Positions 43,622 to 58,677 are shown, numbered from the stretch's first letter. The stretch is 64,000 bases of DNA from Coraliomargarita sp. (GCA_965216325.1 OZ244160.1:2976001-3040000), one strand, 5' to 3'. Notes: generated by a model not told the origin, from the sequence alone. Program-made: numbers and translations.

Positions 43622-44512
43622 TCATTTATAAAAACCGACTGCTTTGAGTTGGTCCATCAGAGCGATGGTTGGTGCAGCGCGGTTCAGAATGTAAAGGTGG
43701 ATGCCCGGTGCGCCTTTTTCAAGTAGCTCGCGCGCCTGTTTGGCTGCCCAGTCGATGCCGATTTGTTCGACGGCTGCCTTGTCGTCGCCAGCAGCGACCA
43801 GTTGTTGCTCGAGCTCTTCGGGTAGGCCCGCCTCACACATTTGGCAGAAGCGTTTGGCCTGATCGTAGGAGGTCACTGAAAGAAGGCCTGGGATGACCGG
43901 CACTTTGATACCTGCACGTTCACAGTCGGCAACGAAGTCGAAATACACTTGGTTGTCGAAGAAGAGCTGGGTGGTGATGAAGGTCGCGCCCGCATCGACT
44001 TTGCGTTTCAAGTTCAGCAGGTCGATGGCTGTGGAAGGGGCTTCCGGATGCTTCTCCGGGTAGCCGGCGACACCGATTGCGCATTCCGGATACACTTCAC
44101 GGATGAGGTGCACCAGTTCGTTGGCGTAGCTGAGGCCGTCCGGGTGTGGCTTGAAATTGGTTTCGCCTTTAGGTGGATCGCCACGCAGTGCCATGATCTG
44201 TGGCAGACCAGCGTCTTTGATCTCGTTAATGATCTGAATGAGCTCGTCGCGGGAGTGGCCGACACAGGTAAGGTGCGGCATGACCGCGTAACCGTAGTCT
44301 TCGTGCAGGGCGCGGGCATATTTCAGCGTGCGGCTGCGGGTGCTGCCACCGGCTCCATAGGTGATGGAGGCGAAATCAGGTTCGAATTCGCGCAGGCGCT
44401 CTGCCGTGCGGAGCAGTTGGTTGGCCGAGTCGTCGGACTTGGGCGGGAAAAACTCGACCGAAAAGAGCGGATCGTTGGATTCGAGTCGTTGCTGGAGGGA
44501 AAGTTCTGGCAT
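43622..44512 (-). CDS. metF: 5,10-methylenetetrahydrofolate reductase
   Basis: SVEFFPPK, ITYGAGG, ALRGDPP, AGYPEKH, ITTQLFFD. Confidence 0.96.
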   Translation of the reverse strand: MPELSLQQRLESNDPLFSVEFFPPKSDDSANQLLRTAERLREFEPDFASITYGAGGSTRSRTLKYARALHEDYGYAVMPHLTCVGHSRDELIQIINEIKDAGLPQIMALRGDPPKGETNFKPHPDGLSYANELVHLIREVYPECAIGVAGYPEKHPEAPSTAIDLLNLKRKVDAGATFITTQLFFDNQVYFDFVADCERAGIKVPVIPGLLSVTSYDQAKRFCQMCEAGLPEELEQQLVAAGDDKAAVEQIGIDWAAKQARELLEKGAPGIHLYILNRAAPTIALMDQLKAVGFYK

Positions 44513-44518
44513 AAACGA

Positions 44519-44542
44519 ATCAAGATATAATGATATCTTGAT
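44519..44542. promoter_or_regulatory. Palindromic operator upstream of metF
   Basis: ATCAAGATAT-aatg-ATATCTTGAT, perfect 10-bp IR 6 nt from the start codon. Confidence 0.65.
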
Positions 44543-44683
44543 ATGTAAAGTTGAAAGTCAGGTGGAGTTGTGTGTTGTCGGTTGTTCCTTGAGTGCAGTC
44601 AAGCGAATGTGAGGCGTATAGAGTTGACGGTTTGGGCGAGTTCTCCAGCTTCTCACGCATATTTTAATTTCTAAGGAAGCATC

Positions 44684-45130
44684 ATGGATTTAACGGATTC
44701 TCAAAAAGCTGCGGTTGCCGCATGGGTTCAAGAGGGCAAGTCACTTGCCGATGTGCAAAATCAATTGCGTGAGCAGTTTGATATCTCGCTCACCTACATG
44801 GATGTGCGTTTTCTGGTGGACGACCTGAATATTACGTTTGAGGAGCCCGAAGAACCAGAAGCAGAGGATGCCGAATCTGCTGAGGCAGCGGTTGAGGAGC
44901 CAGAACTAGCAGGAGGGGTGCATGTTGAAGTGAATCCAGTGACCCCTCCGGGCGCGTTGGTGGCAGGGACGGTCCGCTTTAGCGATGGTAAGTCACTGGG
45001 CTGGCAGCTCAGTGCAGCTGGTCAATTGGGCCTCGTGCCGGGTGATGATCCGGATTACCGCCCAAGCCCTGAAGACGTTCAAGAGTTCCAGACCCAGTTG
45101 CAGGAAGTCCTGCAAAAGCAGGGGTATTAA
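44684..45130 (+). CDS. Hypothetical acidic protein
   Basis: 148 aa, RBS aagga. Confidence 0.75.
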   Translation: MDLTDSQKAAVAAWVQEGKSLADVQNQLREQFDISLTYMDVRFLVDDLNITFEEPEEPEAEDAESAEAAVEEPELAGGVHVEVNPVTPPGALVAGTVRFSDGKSLGWQLSAAGQLGLVPGDDPDYRPSPEDVQEFQTQLQEVLQKQGY

Positions 45131-45192
45131 AAAAGTAACGTAGGCGTCTCGCCTGAGTATTCGCTGGATATGGAACAGGCAAGATGCCTGTT

Positions 45193-45894
45193 CTACGAAG
45201 CTTTCGTGGCTTCGTGGATGGCGATGATCGAGAAGGTCACTCCGGTGGCTTCGACTGTATTGAAACCTGCTTTGGTCAGCTCTTTAGCGAGGGCTTCTTT
45301 GGTAGGGAAGTTTTCAATGGTGCCTGCTAGGTAGTCGTAGGCACTCTTATCGCCCGTCGCGACAGCAGCTACGAGTGGCAGAATATACTTTAGGTAGAAG
45401 TAGTAGATTGGTCGAAACCAGCGATCGGGTTGCGAAAACTCCAAGACGAAGAGTCGGCCTTCCGGACGCAGCACCCGTAGGATTTCTTTCAGTCCCTTCT
45501 GGCGGTCTTCAAAATTGCGAACACCAAATGAGATCGTGACGGCATCGGCACAGTTGTCGGGAAGGGGCAGCTCCATGCAGTCGCCAAAAGCAAAGTCGAT
45601 GTCGGCGTAGCTAGGCTTAGCCTGCTTCTTTTGACGTGCCTGATCGAGCATTGGTTCACAGAAGTCCAAGCCCTTGATGGCTACTGCCGGGCCGAGGCGA
45701 TCACGCAGTTTGAACGCGACGTCGCCACTGCCGGTTGCGAGATCAACGACATCCTTTGGTTCGCGACGCTTCACCATGCGGGTGAGCACACGGCGCCAAT
45801 AGAAATCAATGCCTCCACTGAGGAGGTGGTTGGCGAGATCGTATCGGCCGGCGATACCGGCGAACATTTGACTGACTGCTTGTCCTTCAGGCAC
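45193..45894 (-). CDS. ubiE: UbiE/MenG C-methyltransferase
   Basis: [44 protein letters not shown]. Confidence 0.9.
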   Translation of the reverse strand: MPEGQAVSQMFAGIAGRYDLANHLLSGGIDFYWRRVLTRMVKRREPKDVVDLATGSGDVAFKLRDRLGPAVAIKGLDFCEPMLDQARQKKQAKPSYADIDFAFGDCMELPLPDNCADAVTISFGVRNFEDRQKGLKEILRVLRPEGRLFVLEFSQPDRWFRPIYYFYLKYILPLVAAVATGDKSAYDYLAGTIENFPTKEALAKELTKAGFNTVEATGVTFSIIAIHEATKAS

Positions 45895-45931
45895 GGGAAG
45901 TGAGAGTGATGGTGAAAGTTGTTGGAGAAGT

Positions 45932-46004
45932 GTAGGGCTTCAGCTTGCTGAATGCCGACTTAGGCATGGACGGCTCTGAGGCGTCGTGCAAGCACGAGCC
46001 CTAC
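45932..46004. repeat. Family A REP doublet (REPIN)
   Basis: gtagggcttcagcttgctgaatgcc ... ggcgtcgtgcaagcacgagccctac. Confidence 0.85.
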
Positions 46005-46015
46005 GAAATGAATAT

Positions 46016-47620
<1,605 letters not shown>

Positions 47621-47723
47621 TTTTTCTTTCGAGTTTGACAGCGGTTCGACTAGTCGAAGTATCGCCGCCTCAATAACTTTTGAATTTCTACTGACTTAAT
47701 AAATCGGTCTTTAATTGATAACT

Positions 47724-48050
47724 ATGTCCAACAATCTGACTAAACGCGATATCGTCCTCGATATTTACGACAAAACGGATTTTCCGCAAAAAGAAGTGCG
47801 CGAAACCGTCCAGTTGACTCTCGATGCCATTGCCAATGCACTCCGTCAAGGGCGCAACGTTGAGCTGCGTAACTTCGGTGTTTTCGAGGTTCAGGTGCGT
47901 AAATCACGCATCGGTCGTAACCCGAATAAGCCAGAGACAGATGTTGTGATTCCGACTCGTGCCGTGATCAAGTTCAAGGCAGGTAAGGAGCTAAAGAACG
48001 CTCTGACCGAAATCGACGTTGACGCACTGCAGGCCGACAAGAAGGCCTAA
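47724..48050 (+). CDS. IHF/HU-family DNA-binding protein
   Basis: VELRNFGVF...GRNPN...VIKFKAGKEL. Confidence 0.92.
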   Translation: MSNNLTKRDIVLDIYDKTDFPQKEVRETVQLTLDAIANALRQGRNVELRNFGVFEVQVRKSRIGRNPNKPETDVVIPTRAVIKFKAGKELKNALTEIDVDALQADKKA

Positions 48051-48079
48051 GCATCTCATTAACAGTTAGAAAGGCTGCG

Positions 48080-49423
48080 ATGCAGTTCCAGACATTACCC
48101 GGCTTCCGGGAGTTCTATCCGGAGGCCTGCGCTCAACGGAATCACATCTTCAGCATGTGGCGTAAGACGGCGCGCGCGTTCAACTTCCTTGAATACGATG
48201 CACCGGTCCTCGAGCCGCTGGAACTTTACATCGAGAAGTCTGGCGAGGAAATCGTCGGGCAGCTGTTCAACTTCGAAGACCGTGGTGGTCGTGCGGTTGC
48301 ACTGCGTCCGGAGATGACTCCGTCGTTGGCACGTCTCATCGGCGCCAAGGCGAACAGCCTGAAGCGTCCGGTGAAGTGGTTCAACATTGGCGAACACTAT
48401 CGCTATGAGAAGCCACAGAAGGGACGCCTGCGCGCCTTCTATCAGTTTAATGTCGATATCTTTGGTGAGCCGGGTCCTGGCGCGGACGCCGAATTGATTG
48501 CCTTGCTGGCTCAAGCGCTGAAGTCCTTCGGCCTTGGTGTGGAGGATTTTAAGATCCGTCTCAGTGACCGTGATCTCTGGCTTTTGATGCTGGCGGCGGA
48601 AGGTTTAGACGAGGCGGGCTCGATGACTGTGCTTGGCATCGTCGATAAGATGGAGCGTATGGAGCGCGACAAGATTATCGAGAAGTTGGCTGAAGTTCTG
48701 GGCGATGCAGCTGAAGAGTTTTACGGCCGTGTTGAAAAAGCGGTCGCGATCCGCGAATTCGATGCACTGCGCACTTATATTCTGAATCTACCGCTTGAAG
48801 GCGATCTTGCTGACAAGGCAAAGGCGCGTCTCGAAGAGTGGGAAGCACTGCTCGCGGGTCTCGAGAGTGCCGGTGCTGCGGAGTTTATCCAAATCGATTT
48901 GGGAATTGTCCGCGGTCTCGCATACTACACCGGATTTGTATTCGAAGCGTTCGAGGCTACTGGTAAAGGCCGTGCGCTTGCCGGAGGTGGTCGTTACGAT
49001 GCCTTGGTGAAGAAGTTAGGTGGCCCGGATATGCCTGCAGTTGGTTTTGCGATGGGCGATGTGACCCTGGTTGACTTGCTTGAAGATAAAGGCCGTCTGC
49101 CGGAATACGTGCAGAGCCCAGAGTTCATTGCAATCATCGGTGGAGCAGAAGCGCGTCCTGCAGCGATGGCGGATGCGGCGCAACTACGTCAGCTCGGCTA
49201 TCAAGTGGATTATCCGCTCAAGAATCAGGGCTTTGGTAAGCAGTTCAAAGCAGTCACTCAAAGCGGTGCACGCTTTGCGTTGATCTACGGCTCTGAAGAA
49301 ATCGAGAAGGGCGTCGTTAAAGTTCGCGACCTCTCTGCTGAGGAAGAAGTCGAACTGCCACGCGAACATCTCGCTGAAGCAGCCCCCGAGTTGCTTGCGA
49401 ACGGACTGGCTGCGCTCAAATAA
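48080..49423 (+). CDS. hisS: Histidine-tRNA ligase
   Basis: LRPEMT, RYEKPQKGR, VRGLAYYTG, GGGRYD. Confidence 0.97.
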   Translation: MQFQTLPGFREFYPEACAQRNHIFSMWRKTARAFNFLEYDAPVLEPLELYIEKSGEEIVGQLFNFEDRGGRAVALRPEMTPSLARLIGAKANSLKRPVKWFNIGEHYRYEKPQKGRLRAFYQFNVDIFGEPGPGADAELIALLAQALKSFGLGVEDFKIRLSDRDLWLLMLAAEGLDEAGSMTVLGIVDKMERMERDKIIEKLAEVLGDAAEEFYGRVEKAVAIREFDALRTYILNLPLEGDLADKAKARLEEWEALLAGLESAGAAEFIQIDLGIVRGLAYYTGFVFEAFEATGKGRALAGGGRYDALVKKLGGPDMPAVGFAMGDVTLVDLLEDKGRLPEYVQSPEFIAIIGGAEARPAAMADAAQLRQLGYQVDYPLKNQGFGKQFKAVTQSGARFALIYGSEEIEKGVVKVRDLSAEEEVELPREHLAEAAPELLANGLAALK

Positions 49424-49504
49424 TTTAGGATAACGATCCCTACCTACTAAAAAAGCCACGTCGTAACTGCCGTGGCTTTTTTGTCATTAAATTTAGGATA
49501 CGCC

Positions 49505-50080
<576 letters not shown>

Positions 50081-50200
50081 GTATGGTAGTTCGCTGGTGT
50101 GGTATGGTGCTGCAGCAAGGTGCTGCATCAGTTGAATAGCTTGAGAACATATGACCTTACGTCGGTTCCAAAAAAAAAGCGGCCGTTTGGCCGCTTTAAC

Positions 50201-51043
50201 TTAGATAAACTCGGGAATGTCGGCTTCGGTGCCTTCGATTCCGAGAATGTAGACTTGCTCGTCATCTTGCCATGATTTGAAGGCTTGGTCGCGTATCTCA
50301 AAGGTTTGCGGTTCGATCGGAAGCTCGTTGCCGATGATCGATTTGTCTGCGGTGATCAGGTGATACACCTCGCCGTCCTTAAAGCAGATCATGCTGAGCT
50401 TCCCGCCCTTATAGTCGAAGGCAACGCAACCAAGTGTCGGGAGTGACTCGGCAAATTGTGGGACTGAATTTGGGGCAGGGTTGCCTGCACTGACCAAGTG
50501 TGCCTTGAGGCTGCCGAACTTGTTGTCGCGCTTATCGAAGTCCCAGATCTTGAAGCCGTCGATTTCGCTGGCGAGGAAGTTAATGACTTCAGGGATGTTG
50601 GCTTCGGCGCTCGCAAGTTGAACTTCGCTGCTTTGTTGGCCAGCCTGTTGGATGTAGACCGATGCACCAAAGAGCACCGCAAAGACCGCTGCGATACCCA
50701 TCCATGGGTTAATCCAGCTCTTCTTTTTCTGGCCGGTAAATTCGATGATGTTCTCCTCGCTGTCGGCTTCATCGCTTTCAACGATGAGCGGGTTGGATGC
50801 TTTGTTCGCCTCATGGGCACGCATCCCGGCGAGAATCGAGGCCTTCAGGTCATTCGGAACTTCGATCTTGTCGAATTCGTCACAGATGGCGGCGTCGGCG
50901 GCTTGCTCGGCTTCGAACCATGCGCTGAGTTCGAGGTCGGTTTCCATTAAATCCAGTGCCTCGGCGATCAGCGGGTCGTTGCGATCGTCGTCGTTTCCTG
51001 GGCGACAGAGGGAGAGAATGTTTTTAGCTTCTTCGTGAGTCAT
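50201..51043 (-). CDS. Putative anti-sigma factor
   Basis: Single TM, directly downstream of ECF sigma. Confidence 0.7.
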   Translation of the reverse strand: MTHEEAKNILSLCRPGNDDDRNDPLIAEALDLMETDLELSAWFEAEQAADAAICDEFDKIEVPNDLKASILAGMRAHEANKASNPLIVESDEADSEENIIEFTGQKKKSWINPWMGIAAVFAVLFGASVYIQQAGQQSSEVQLASAEANIPEVINFLASEIDGFKIWDFDKRDNKFGSLKAHLVSAGNPAPNSVPQFAESLPTLGCVAFDYKGGKLSMICFKDGEVYHLITADKSIIGNELPIEPQTFEIRDQAFKSWQDDEQVYILGIEGTEADIPEFI

Positions 51044-51062
51044 GGCGAATGGCTGCTAAAGT

Positions 51063-51575
51063 TTAGGCGGTTTCGGTTTCCTTGCGCTTGAAGATGTCGC
51101 GAAGCTGGGCTTTGCCGCGCGAGAGCCGCGACATGATCGTGCCGATCGGCACATTGAGCACTTCAGCGATTTCCTTATAAGCGAGGTCTTTGAGGTAGAA
51201 GAGAATGAGGGGTTCACGATAGACCTCATCGACTTCGTCGAGGGCCTCGAGCGCGAGATGACCATCCATGCTCCGACGCACATGTGGTTCGACTGAACCT
51301 CCGGCGACTTCGAGCATTTCCGGTTCGTAGTTGTCCATACGAGAGTCTTTGCGCTTACGGCGCAGAAACTCGCGGTAGAGTGTGGTAAAGAGCCACGATT
51401 TGACCTTCGACATATCGCGCAGCGAGTGGCCCTTTTCCGCGTAGATGAAAAAGGCCTGTTGGGCAAGGTCACCCGCCTCATGCTCATTCTTGGCCAAACT
51501 ATAGCCAAAACGATAGAGGGGTTGATAGTAAGCGTTCACTATTTCGTCGAAGTTCAAAGTATGAGAATCTTCCAT
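51063..51575 (-). CDS. ECF sigma factor
   Basis: EAGDLAQ, KSWLFT, YKEIAEVLNVPIGTIMSRLSR. Confidence 0.93.
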   Translation of the reverse strand: MEDSHTLNFDEIVNAYYQPLYRFGYSLAKNEHEAGDLAQQAFFIYAEKGHSLRDMSKVKSWLFTTLYREFLRRKRKDSRMDNYEPEMLEVAGGSVEPHVRRSMDGHLALEALDEVDEVYREPLILFYLKDLAYKEIAEVLNVPIGTIMSRLSRGKAQLRDIFKRKETETA

Positions 51576-51634
51576 GTGAGTCGTGCGGGGAGGGGTTATT
51601 CCAAGGTTTTTGGAGGAATTTGTATAAAGAGGTT

Positions 51635-51720
51635 TTGACTACGAAAACCGCGAAAGGCACGAAAACAAGCTTACTGGTCGAGCTCCGTTTTTTCGCGTAT
51701 TCCGTGTCTTTCGTAGTCAA
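51635..51720. repeat. Inverted repeat of CGAAA 9-mer units
   Basis: ttgactacgaaaaccgcgaaaggcacgaaaa / ttttcgcgtattccgtgtctttcgtagtcaa. Confidence 0.6.
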
Positions 51721-51781
51721 TAATAACTCAGGGTAAAACTGGTGAGCTAGTCTTCACAAACTAGTATTTGGCGGGTGTGAG

Positions 51782-52867
51782 CTATAGAATTAGCATCGCA
51801 TCGCCATAACTGTAAAACCGATACTTACGGGCAATTGCGTCGGCGTAAAGATCCATGAGCCATTTTATCCCATCTTCGCTGCCGGGTGTCAGGAATGCGG
51901 ATACGAGACAGAGCAAGGTCGATTTTGGTAGGTGGAAGTTGGTGATCATATGATCGATCGCGGCAAATTTGGCTGGCGGGTAGATATAGATGTCGGCTTC
52001 CGCCTGCACGGATCCTGCCGGCGTAATGCAGCTCTCAGGGCTGCTCACGGTGCGCCGCATGGCATCTTCGATCGAACGCACGGAGGTGGTGCCGATGGCA
52101 ACACGGGGCCCGCCTTCGGTCTGCTGCAGCGATTGGTAGGCCGATGCCGGGATCTCATACCACTCGTGGTGGATATTGTGCTCTTCGATGTTGTCGACCT
52201 GAATCGGGTGAAAGGTGCCGATGCCGACTTGTAGCGTGAGGTCATGGAAGCTGGCGCCTCTTTGTTCGAGCTCGGCAATAAGGTCGGGTGTAAAGTGTAG
52301 GCCTGCGGTGGGTGCAGCGACGGCGACACGTTTCTCGTAGTCGGCGTAGACGGTCTGGTAGCGCTCGTTGTCGGCGGCGCGGCGTGGGTCGTCGTCGGTG
52401 CGCGCAATATAAGGTGGTAGTGGCATGATGCCGAGGCGCTCGGATAGGTCGGTTACCGATTCGTCACGCTCGAGATGGAAGCGCACGCGGTAGTTGCCGT
52501 TGCTGCCCGCTTCGAGGACTTCGGCGTGGTATTCGCCTGCAATGCCGAAGCCGGTTTGCGCAGCTTTTTTGCCGGGTTTTAGGAGGCACCACCAAGTGAT
52601 TGCATCTTCGGCTGGCTGGAGGAGCAGGCACTCGACTTTGCCGCCGGTTGGACGTTGGCCGAAAATGCGGGCTTTGAGCACAGCCGCGTTGTTGCGGAAG
52701 AAACGGGTATTGGACGGTAAAAAGTCCGCGATATTGGCGAATTGGGTGTGGGTGACCTCGCGGGTGGCGCGGTTGACGACCATCAGTTTTGAGGCGTCGC
52801 GCGTGGCGGCGGGCTCTTGTGCGATGCATTCGTTCGGTAAGTGGTAGTCAAAAAGTGCGGCGTCCAT
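51782..52867 (-). CDS. queA: SAM:tRNA ribosyltransferase-isomerase
   Basis: PLPPYI, RYQTVYA, AAPTAGLHF, TNFHLPKS, YSYGDAM. Confidence 0.97.
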   Translation of the reverse strand: MDAALFDYHLPNECIAQEPAATRDASKLMVVNRATREVTHTQFANIADFLPSNTRFFRNNAAVLKARIFGQRPTGGKVECLLLQPAEDAITWWCLLKPGKKAAQTGFGIAGEYHAEVLEAGSNGNYRVRFHLERDESVTDLSERLGIMPLPPYIARTDDDPRRAADNERYQTVYADYEKRVAVAAPTAGLHFTPDLIAELEQRGASFHDLTLQVGIGTFHPIQVDNIEEHNIHHEWYEIPASAYQSLQQTEGGPRVAIGTTSVRSIEDAMRRTVSSPESCITPAGSVQAEADIYIYPPAKFAAIDHMITNFHLPKSTLLCLVSAFLTPGSEDGIKWLMDLYADAIARKYRFYSYGDAMLIL

Positions 52868-52988
52868 TGGTTTAGAAGACAGAGATCAGAGGTCAGAGGC
52901 CAGAATCTTATTCGTGCCTGATAAAAGTCGTTGTACTTGTCGTAATCGCTGTCGTAATCGCTATGGTTGTGTCAACGACAACTGCTTT

Positions 52989-54449
52989 ATGTCGAGTTCG
53001 CAAAACAGTATAAAATGGCCGGAATTGGCACGGGCGCTTCGTTTACGGGTAGGCGCCGGACAGCTGCACCCTGCGGTTTGGCATCAGTTGAGCCATCCGG
53101 ACACGCAACGTCTGTTGGTCGCGTGCTCGGGCGGGCCAGACTCGGTTTTTATGCTTTGTCTACTCTGGGCTGAGGCCGAGCAGTTGGGAGTCGAGCTCGT
53201 GGTCGCACACTATAATCACCGTTGGCGTGGCGTCGTGTCGGATCAGGATGCGCAATTTGTCCGCGCTATGGCGGAGTCGCTTGGTTGCAGCTATGTCGAA
53301 GACTCGCGCCCAGAGAATGAGGCGGCCTTTACTGAGACCACGGCGCGGGCATTGCGCTTGGACTTTTTACGCGCTGCTGCGGCGGAGCATGGCTGCAGTG
53401 CGATCGCATTTGGCCACCAGCAGAATGATATTTTGGAAACGCAGCTGCAGCGCATTGCGCGTGGCAGTGGATCCGAGGGCTTGGCTGCACCACGGCCGGT
53501 GCATGTGTTTGGTGAGTATCCCACGCATGTGCGCCCCTTACTTGAAGTGCGAGCAGGAGACATACGTTTAGCGATGGCGGCCTGCTGTGTGCCGTGGTGC
53601 GAGGATAGTTCGAACAATGATCTAAGTATTCCGCGCAATGCACTGCGTGGTCGAGTTGTGCCGTTGTTACTGGATGCCTTGGGGCGGGATGCCTCAGCGG
53701 GGGCGGCGCGCTCGCGAGCTCTTTTGGAAGAAGACGCGGCTGCATTGAATGCGCTTGCGCGCGAACGCTTTACCCGTGCCTACGCGGGGGCGGATCAATT
53801 AAATCGCGCAGAGCTACAGCAGGCCCCACAAGCGTTGTCACGTCGTGCGTTGACCGCTTGGCTGCAGGCGCATGAGCTGATCACTTCGATGAGTGCGCCG
53901 GCAATGGACCAATTGGTTGGCGCGGTGTATTCGGCCCGTAGCCGACACCGTCTAAGTGCAGGCGCCGCCTTTGTCGTGATTGATGGGGATGCCTTGTATC
54001 TTGAACCGATGCATGCAAATGAGGCGGAGATACTCTTGGAACCAGCGACTTTGGAGCCGGGCGAAACCGTGATTCTCTCTAACGGTGCAGTCATTGAAAC
54101 CGATCAGGTTGAACTCGACCCGATTACGCGAGAAGAGATTCTTTCCGGGCAAATCGAACCGGAGACGGAAGCGTATGTGGCGCTCGCAGACGATTGCATG
54201 CTTGAAGTGCGGGCTTGGCAGCCGGGCGATCGCTTCAAGCCGATTGGTGCGCCTGGCACTAAAAAGCTCAAAGATTGGTTTATTGACCGTCATATTCCAC
54301 AGCAGGAACGAAAGCATTTACCCGTGGTCTGCATCGAGTCTGGCGAAATTATATGGGTGCCGGGCTTTGCGCCCGCTGAACGCTTTAAAATTCAAGCTTT
54401 AAACAAGCAGGCTCTTAGGTTGACTTACCAGAGCAGAAACCCACTTTGA
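52989..54449 (+). CDS. tilS: tRNA(Ile)-lysidine synthetase
   Basis: SGGPDS, HYNH, RPLL, RNALR; upstream of ftsH. Confidence 0.92.
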   Translation: MSSSQNSIKWPELARALRLRVGAGQLHPAVWHQLSHPDTQRLLVACSGGPDSVFMLCLLWAEAEQLGVELVVAHYNHRWRGVVSDQDAQFVRAMAESLGCSYVEDSRPENEAAFTETTARALRLDFLRAAAAEHGCSAIAFGHQQNDILETQLQRIARGSGSEGLAAPRPVHVFGEYPTHVRPLLEVRAGDIRLAMAACCVPWCEDSSNNDLSIPRNALRGRVVPLLLDALGRDASAGAARSRALLEEDAAALNALARERFTRAYAGADQLNRAELQQAPQALSRRALTAWLQAHELITSMSAPAMDQLVGAVYSARSRHRLSAGAAFVVIDGDALYLEPMHANEAEILLEPATLEPGETVILSNGAVIETDQVELDPITREEILSGQIEPETEAYVALADDCMLEVRAWQPGDRFKPIGAPGTKKLKDWFIDRHIPQQERKHLPVVCIESGEIIWVPGFAPAERFKIQALNKQALRLTYQSRNPL

Positions 54450-54457
54450 CCGATCAA

Positions 54458-56512
<2,055 letters not shown>

Positions 56513-56589
56513 GCCGAATACAAGTTACATTTATCAAAAGGCCGGACGTGTGAAGCGTTCGGCCTTTTTGTGTATAAGGCTTCGTAATC

Positions 56590-56744
56590 GGTAGGGCTGT
56601 CTCGCCGAGGCAGCCGTTCGCCGATTGAATCCTGCTTATCCAGGTGGGGGGATTGGGGACTCCGTGCATTGTTGCCGAACGGTCGCCTCGGCCCTTCGAT
56701 AAACTCAGGGCGGTGAGCCTGTCGAACCGCGAGGCGACCCTACC
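56590..56744. repeat. Family B REP doublet with nested 38-nt insertion
   Basis: Matches 30324-30473 except for insert 56693-56730. Confidence 0.8.
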
Positions 56745-56754
56745 TTTTCAGTCG

Positions 56755-57699
56755 TTACGGCCGTATACAACGACTCTCTGCAGGAGTTTCCTTTAAGCGT
56801 GAGAGTGCAATCAGACTACTGCAAATGATAATGGCACCGACCACCAGACCTGTGTGCAGTTGTTCGCCCGGAATGAAGAGCACGGATTCGATCATTCCCA
56901 TGTGTGGAATTAGAAAGCGAAAGCCAGACAGGGTGTTGACGCTATAGTGTTCAATGAGGCGGTTCCAGATTGCAAAGCCAGCCGCTGAGACGACTGCCAA
57001 GTAGACCGTAACCAGAAGGGTAGTGAGGTTGAAGTGACTGAGATAGCTCAGCCAATACGGAGCGGCTGTCAGTAGTAGCAATATGCCGCCTAAGCCTAGT
57101 GAAAAACTGGTCGGAGTGAGTGAGCCTGACACTGGGGCCACGCGCTTCATATAAACTGCCGCGAAGGCTCCGGAGAGTGTGGCCAGTAAGAATGCCGCAG
57201 TGCCGAGACCAACATTTTGCAGCTGATTGTCAGGACTGTAGACAGCGCAGATGATGCCGATGCAACAGCATGCAAATAAGAGCCAATGTGAACGAGTCGG
57301 AGAGGGGGTCTTTAAAATCGGTGGTGCAATGAGCATCCACCAAAAGCTGCCGGATCCGACCAGTAGTGCTGCGAGCGTGCCTGGGGAGACATTGAGGCCA
57401 TAGTAGAAGAAGATATACTGCAGATAGGTTTGCCCCAGCATAATGATTGCCAGTGGCATGCGTGGTGCTTGCTTAATCTTGGCGAAGTAGTTGCCACGGC
57501 AAAAGGGCAGGAGCATGAAGCTGGCGAGCGCGAAACGGCTGCCTGCGAAGACGAGTTGTTCCCCGTAGTTGTGAATGCCGAGCGCGGTGTAGCTGTTCTT
57601 GATGACCGGAAACGCGCTGCCCCACAGCACTGCGCAGATGCAGACCTGCAGATAAAAACTAAGCGGTAGGCGCTTCGTGGCTGTTGAGATGCCGGGCAT
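56755..57699 (-). CDS. DMT/EamA-family transporter
   Basis: LWGSAFPVIK, RFALA, ~10 TM. Confidence 0.88.
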   Translation of the reverse strand: MPGISTATKRLPLSFYLQVCICAVLWGSAFPVIKNSYTALGIHNYGEQLVFAGSRFALASFMLLPFCRGNYFAKIKQAPRMPLAIIMLGQTYLQYIFFYYGLNVSPGTLAALLVGSGSFWWMLIAPPILKTPSPTRSHWLLFACCCIGIICAVYSPDNQLQNVGLGTAAFLLATLSGAFAAVYMKRVAPVSGSLTPTSFSLGLGGILLLLTAAPYWLSYLSHFNLTTLLVTVYLAVVSAAGFAIWNRLIEHYSVNTLSGFRFLIPHMGMIESVLFIPGEQLHTGLVVGAIIICSSLIALSRLKETPAESRCIRP

Positions 57700-57803
57700 G
57701 AGGTGCGGATCTTGATCGGCTTTTAGCGGCATGCAATCTAATCGATGCTTGATTTGAGCGACGAATAAGTTGACCCAGGCATTGGATTTTTGATGGTCAG
57801 ACG

Positions 57804-58661
57804 ATGCGGTCGCACACACAGGGGTTATTCTATGCACACATCGGAGCTTTGCTCTTCGGGGGCACGGCCTTGTTTGCCAAGACGATTTCGCTGACTGCCG
57901 ATGTCATTACCTTTTGGCGCACGGCCATTGCGATGGCCGCCGTCTTGTTGGTGTGCAAGCTGCGTGGTCAGTCTTTGGGCTTGGAGCGTCGACGTGATGC
58001 ATGGATGCAGATCGGGCTGGGCCTTATACTCGGGATTCACTGGGTAAGCTACTATCAGTCGATTCAGCTTTCTACGGTGGCTATCGGGGTCACTGCGTTA
58101 TTTGCGGCGCCGGTGTTCTCGGTGTTGATTGAATCGGTGATGCGTCGCGTGTGGCCCGACCGAGTGGACTTGTGTTTGTGCGGGCTTGTTTTTTGGGGAG
58201 TGCTGTGTCTTGCCGAAGAATTGAGCTGGAGTAGTCGCTATACGCAAGGGGTGCTGATGGGCTTGGTCTCGGCGGTCTTTTTAGCGTTACGCCAAAATCT
58301 ACATCGCCGCACACGTGCACGTGCGGCTTCGGGGATGGTCTTACTGGTTTACCAACTGATCGGTATTTTGGTGCTAGTCTCTTTTTCGGGTATTACTGCG
58401 GGTACCGCAGGTCTCAGAGAGAATTGGCTTGGGCTCTTACTCCTTGGTGTGCTCTTCACGGCTGCACCGCACTTCTGTAATCTCTCGGCTCTGCGCCAAC
58501 TCGAGGCGAAAACAGTTCTCATTGTAACCAGCTTGATGGTGCCCTATGGTATTGTCTTCAGTGCACTCTTGTTGGACGAGGTCCCGAGTGTGCGCACTTT
58601 AATCGGTTGTGCGATTATCATGCTGGCGGCTACGATTGAGAACCTCAGGGTGGGGCGCTGA
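57804..58661 (+). CDS. DMT/EamA-family transporter
   Basis: LFGGTALFAK, IHWVSYYQSIQLSTVA, ~10 TM. Confidence 0.88.
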   Translation: MRSHTQGLFYAHIGALLFGGTALFAKTISLTADVITFWRTAIAMAAVLLVCKLRGQSLGLERRRDAWMQIGLGLILGIHWVSYYQSIQLSTVAIGVTALFAAPVFSVLIESVMRRVWPDRVDLCLCGLVFWGVLCLAEELSWSSRYTQGVLMGLVSAVFLALRQNLHRRTRARAASGMVLLVYQLIGILVLVSFSGITAGTAGLRENWLGLLLLGVLFTAAPHFCNLSALRQLEAKTVLIVTSLMVPYGIVFSALLLDEVPSVRTLIGCAIIMLAATIENLRVGR

Positions 58662-58677
58662 GATTTTCGAACCACGG

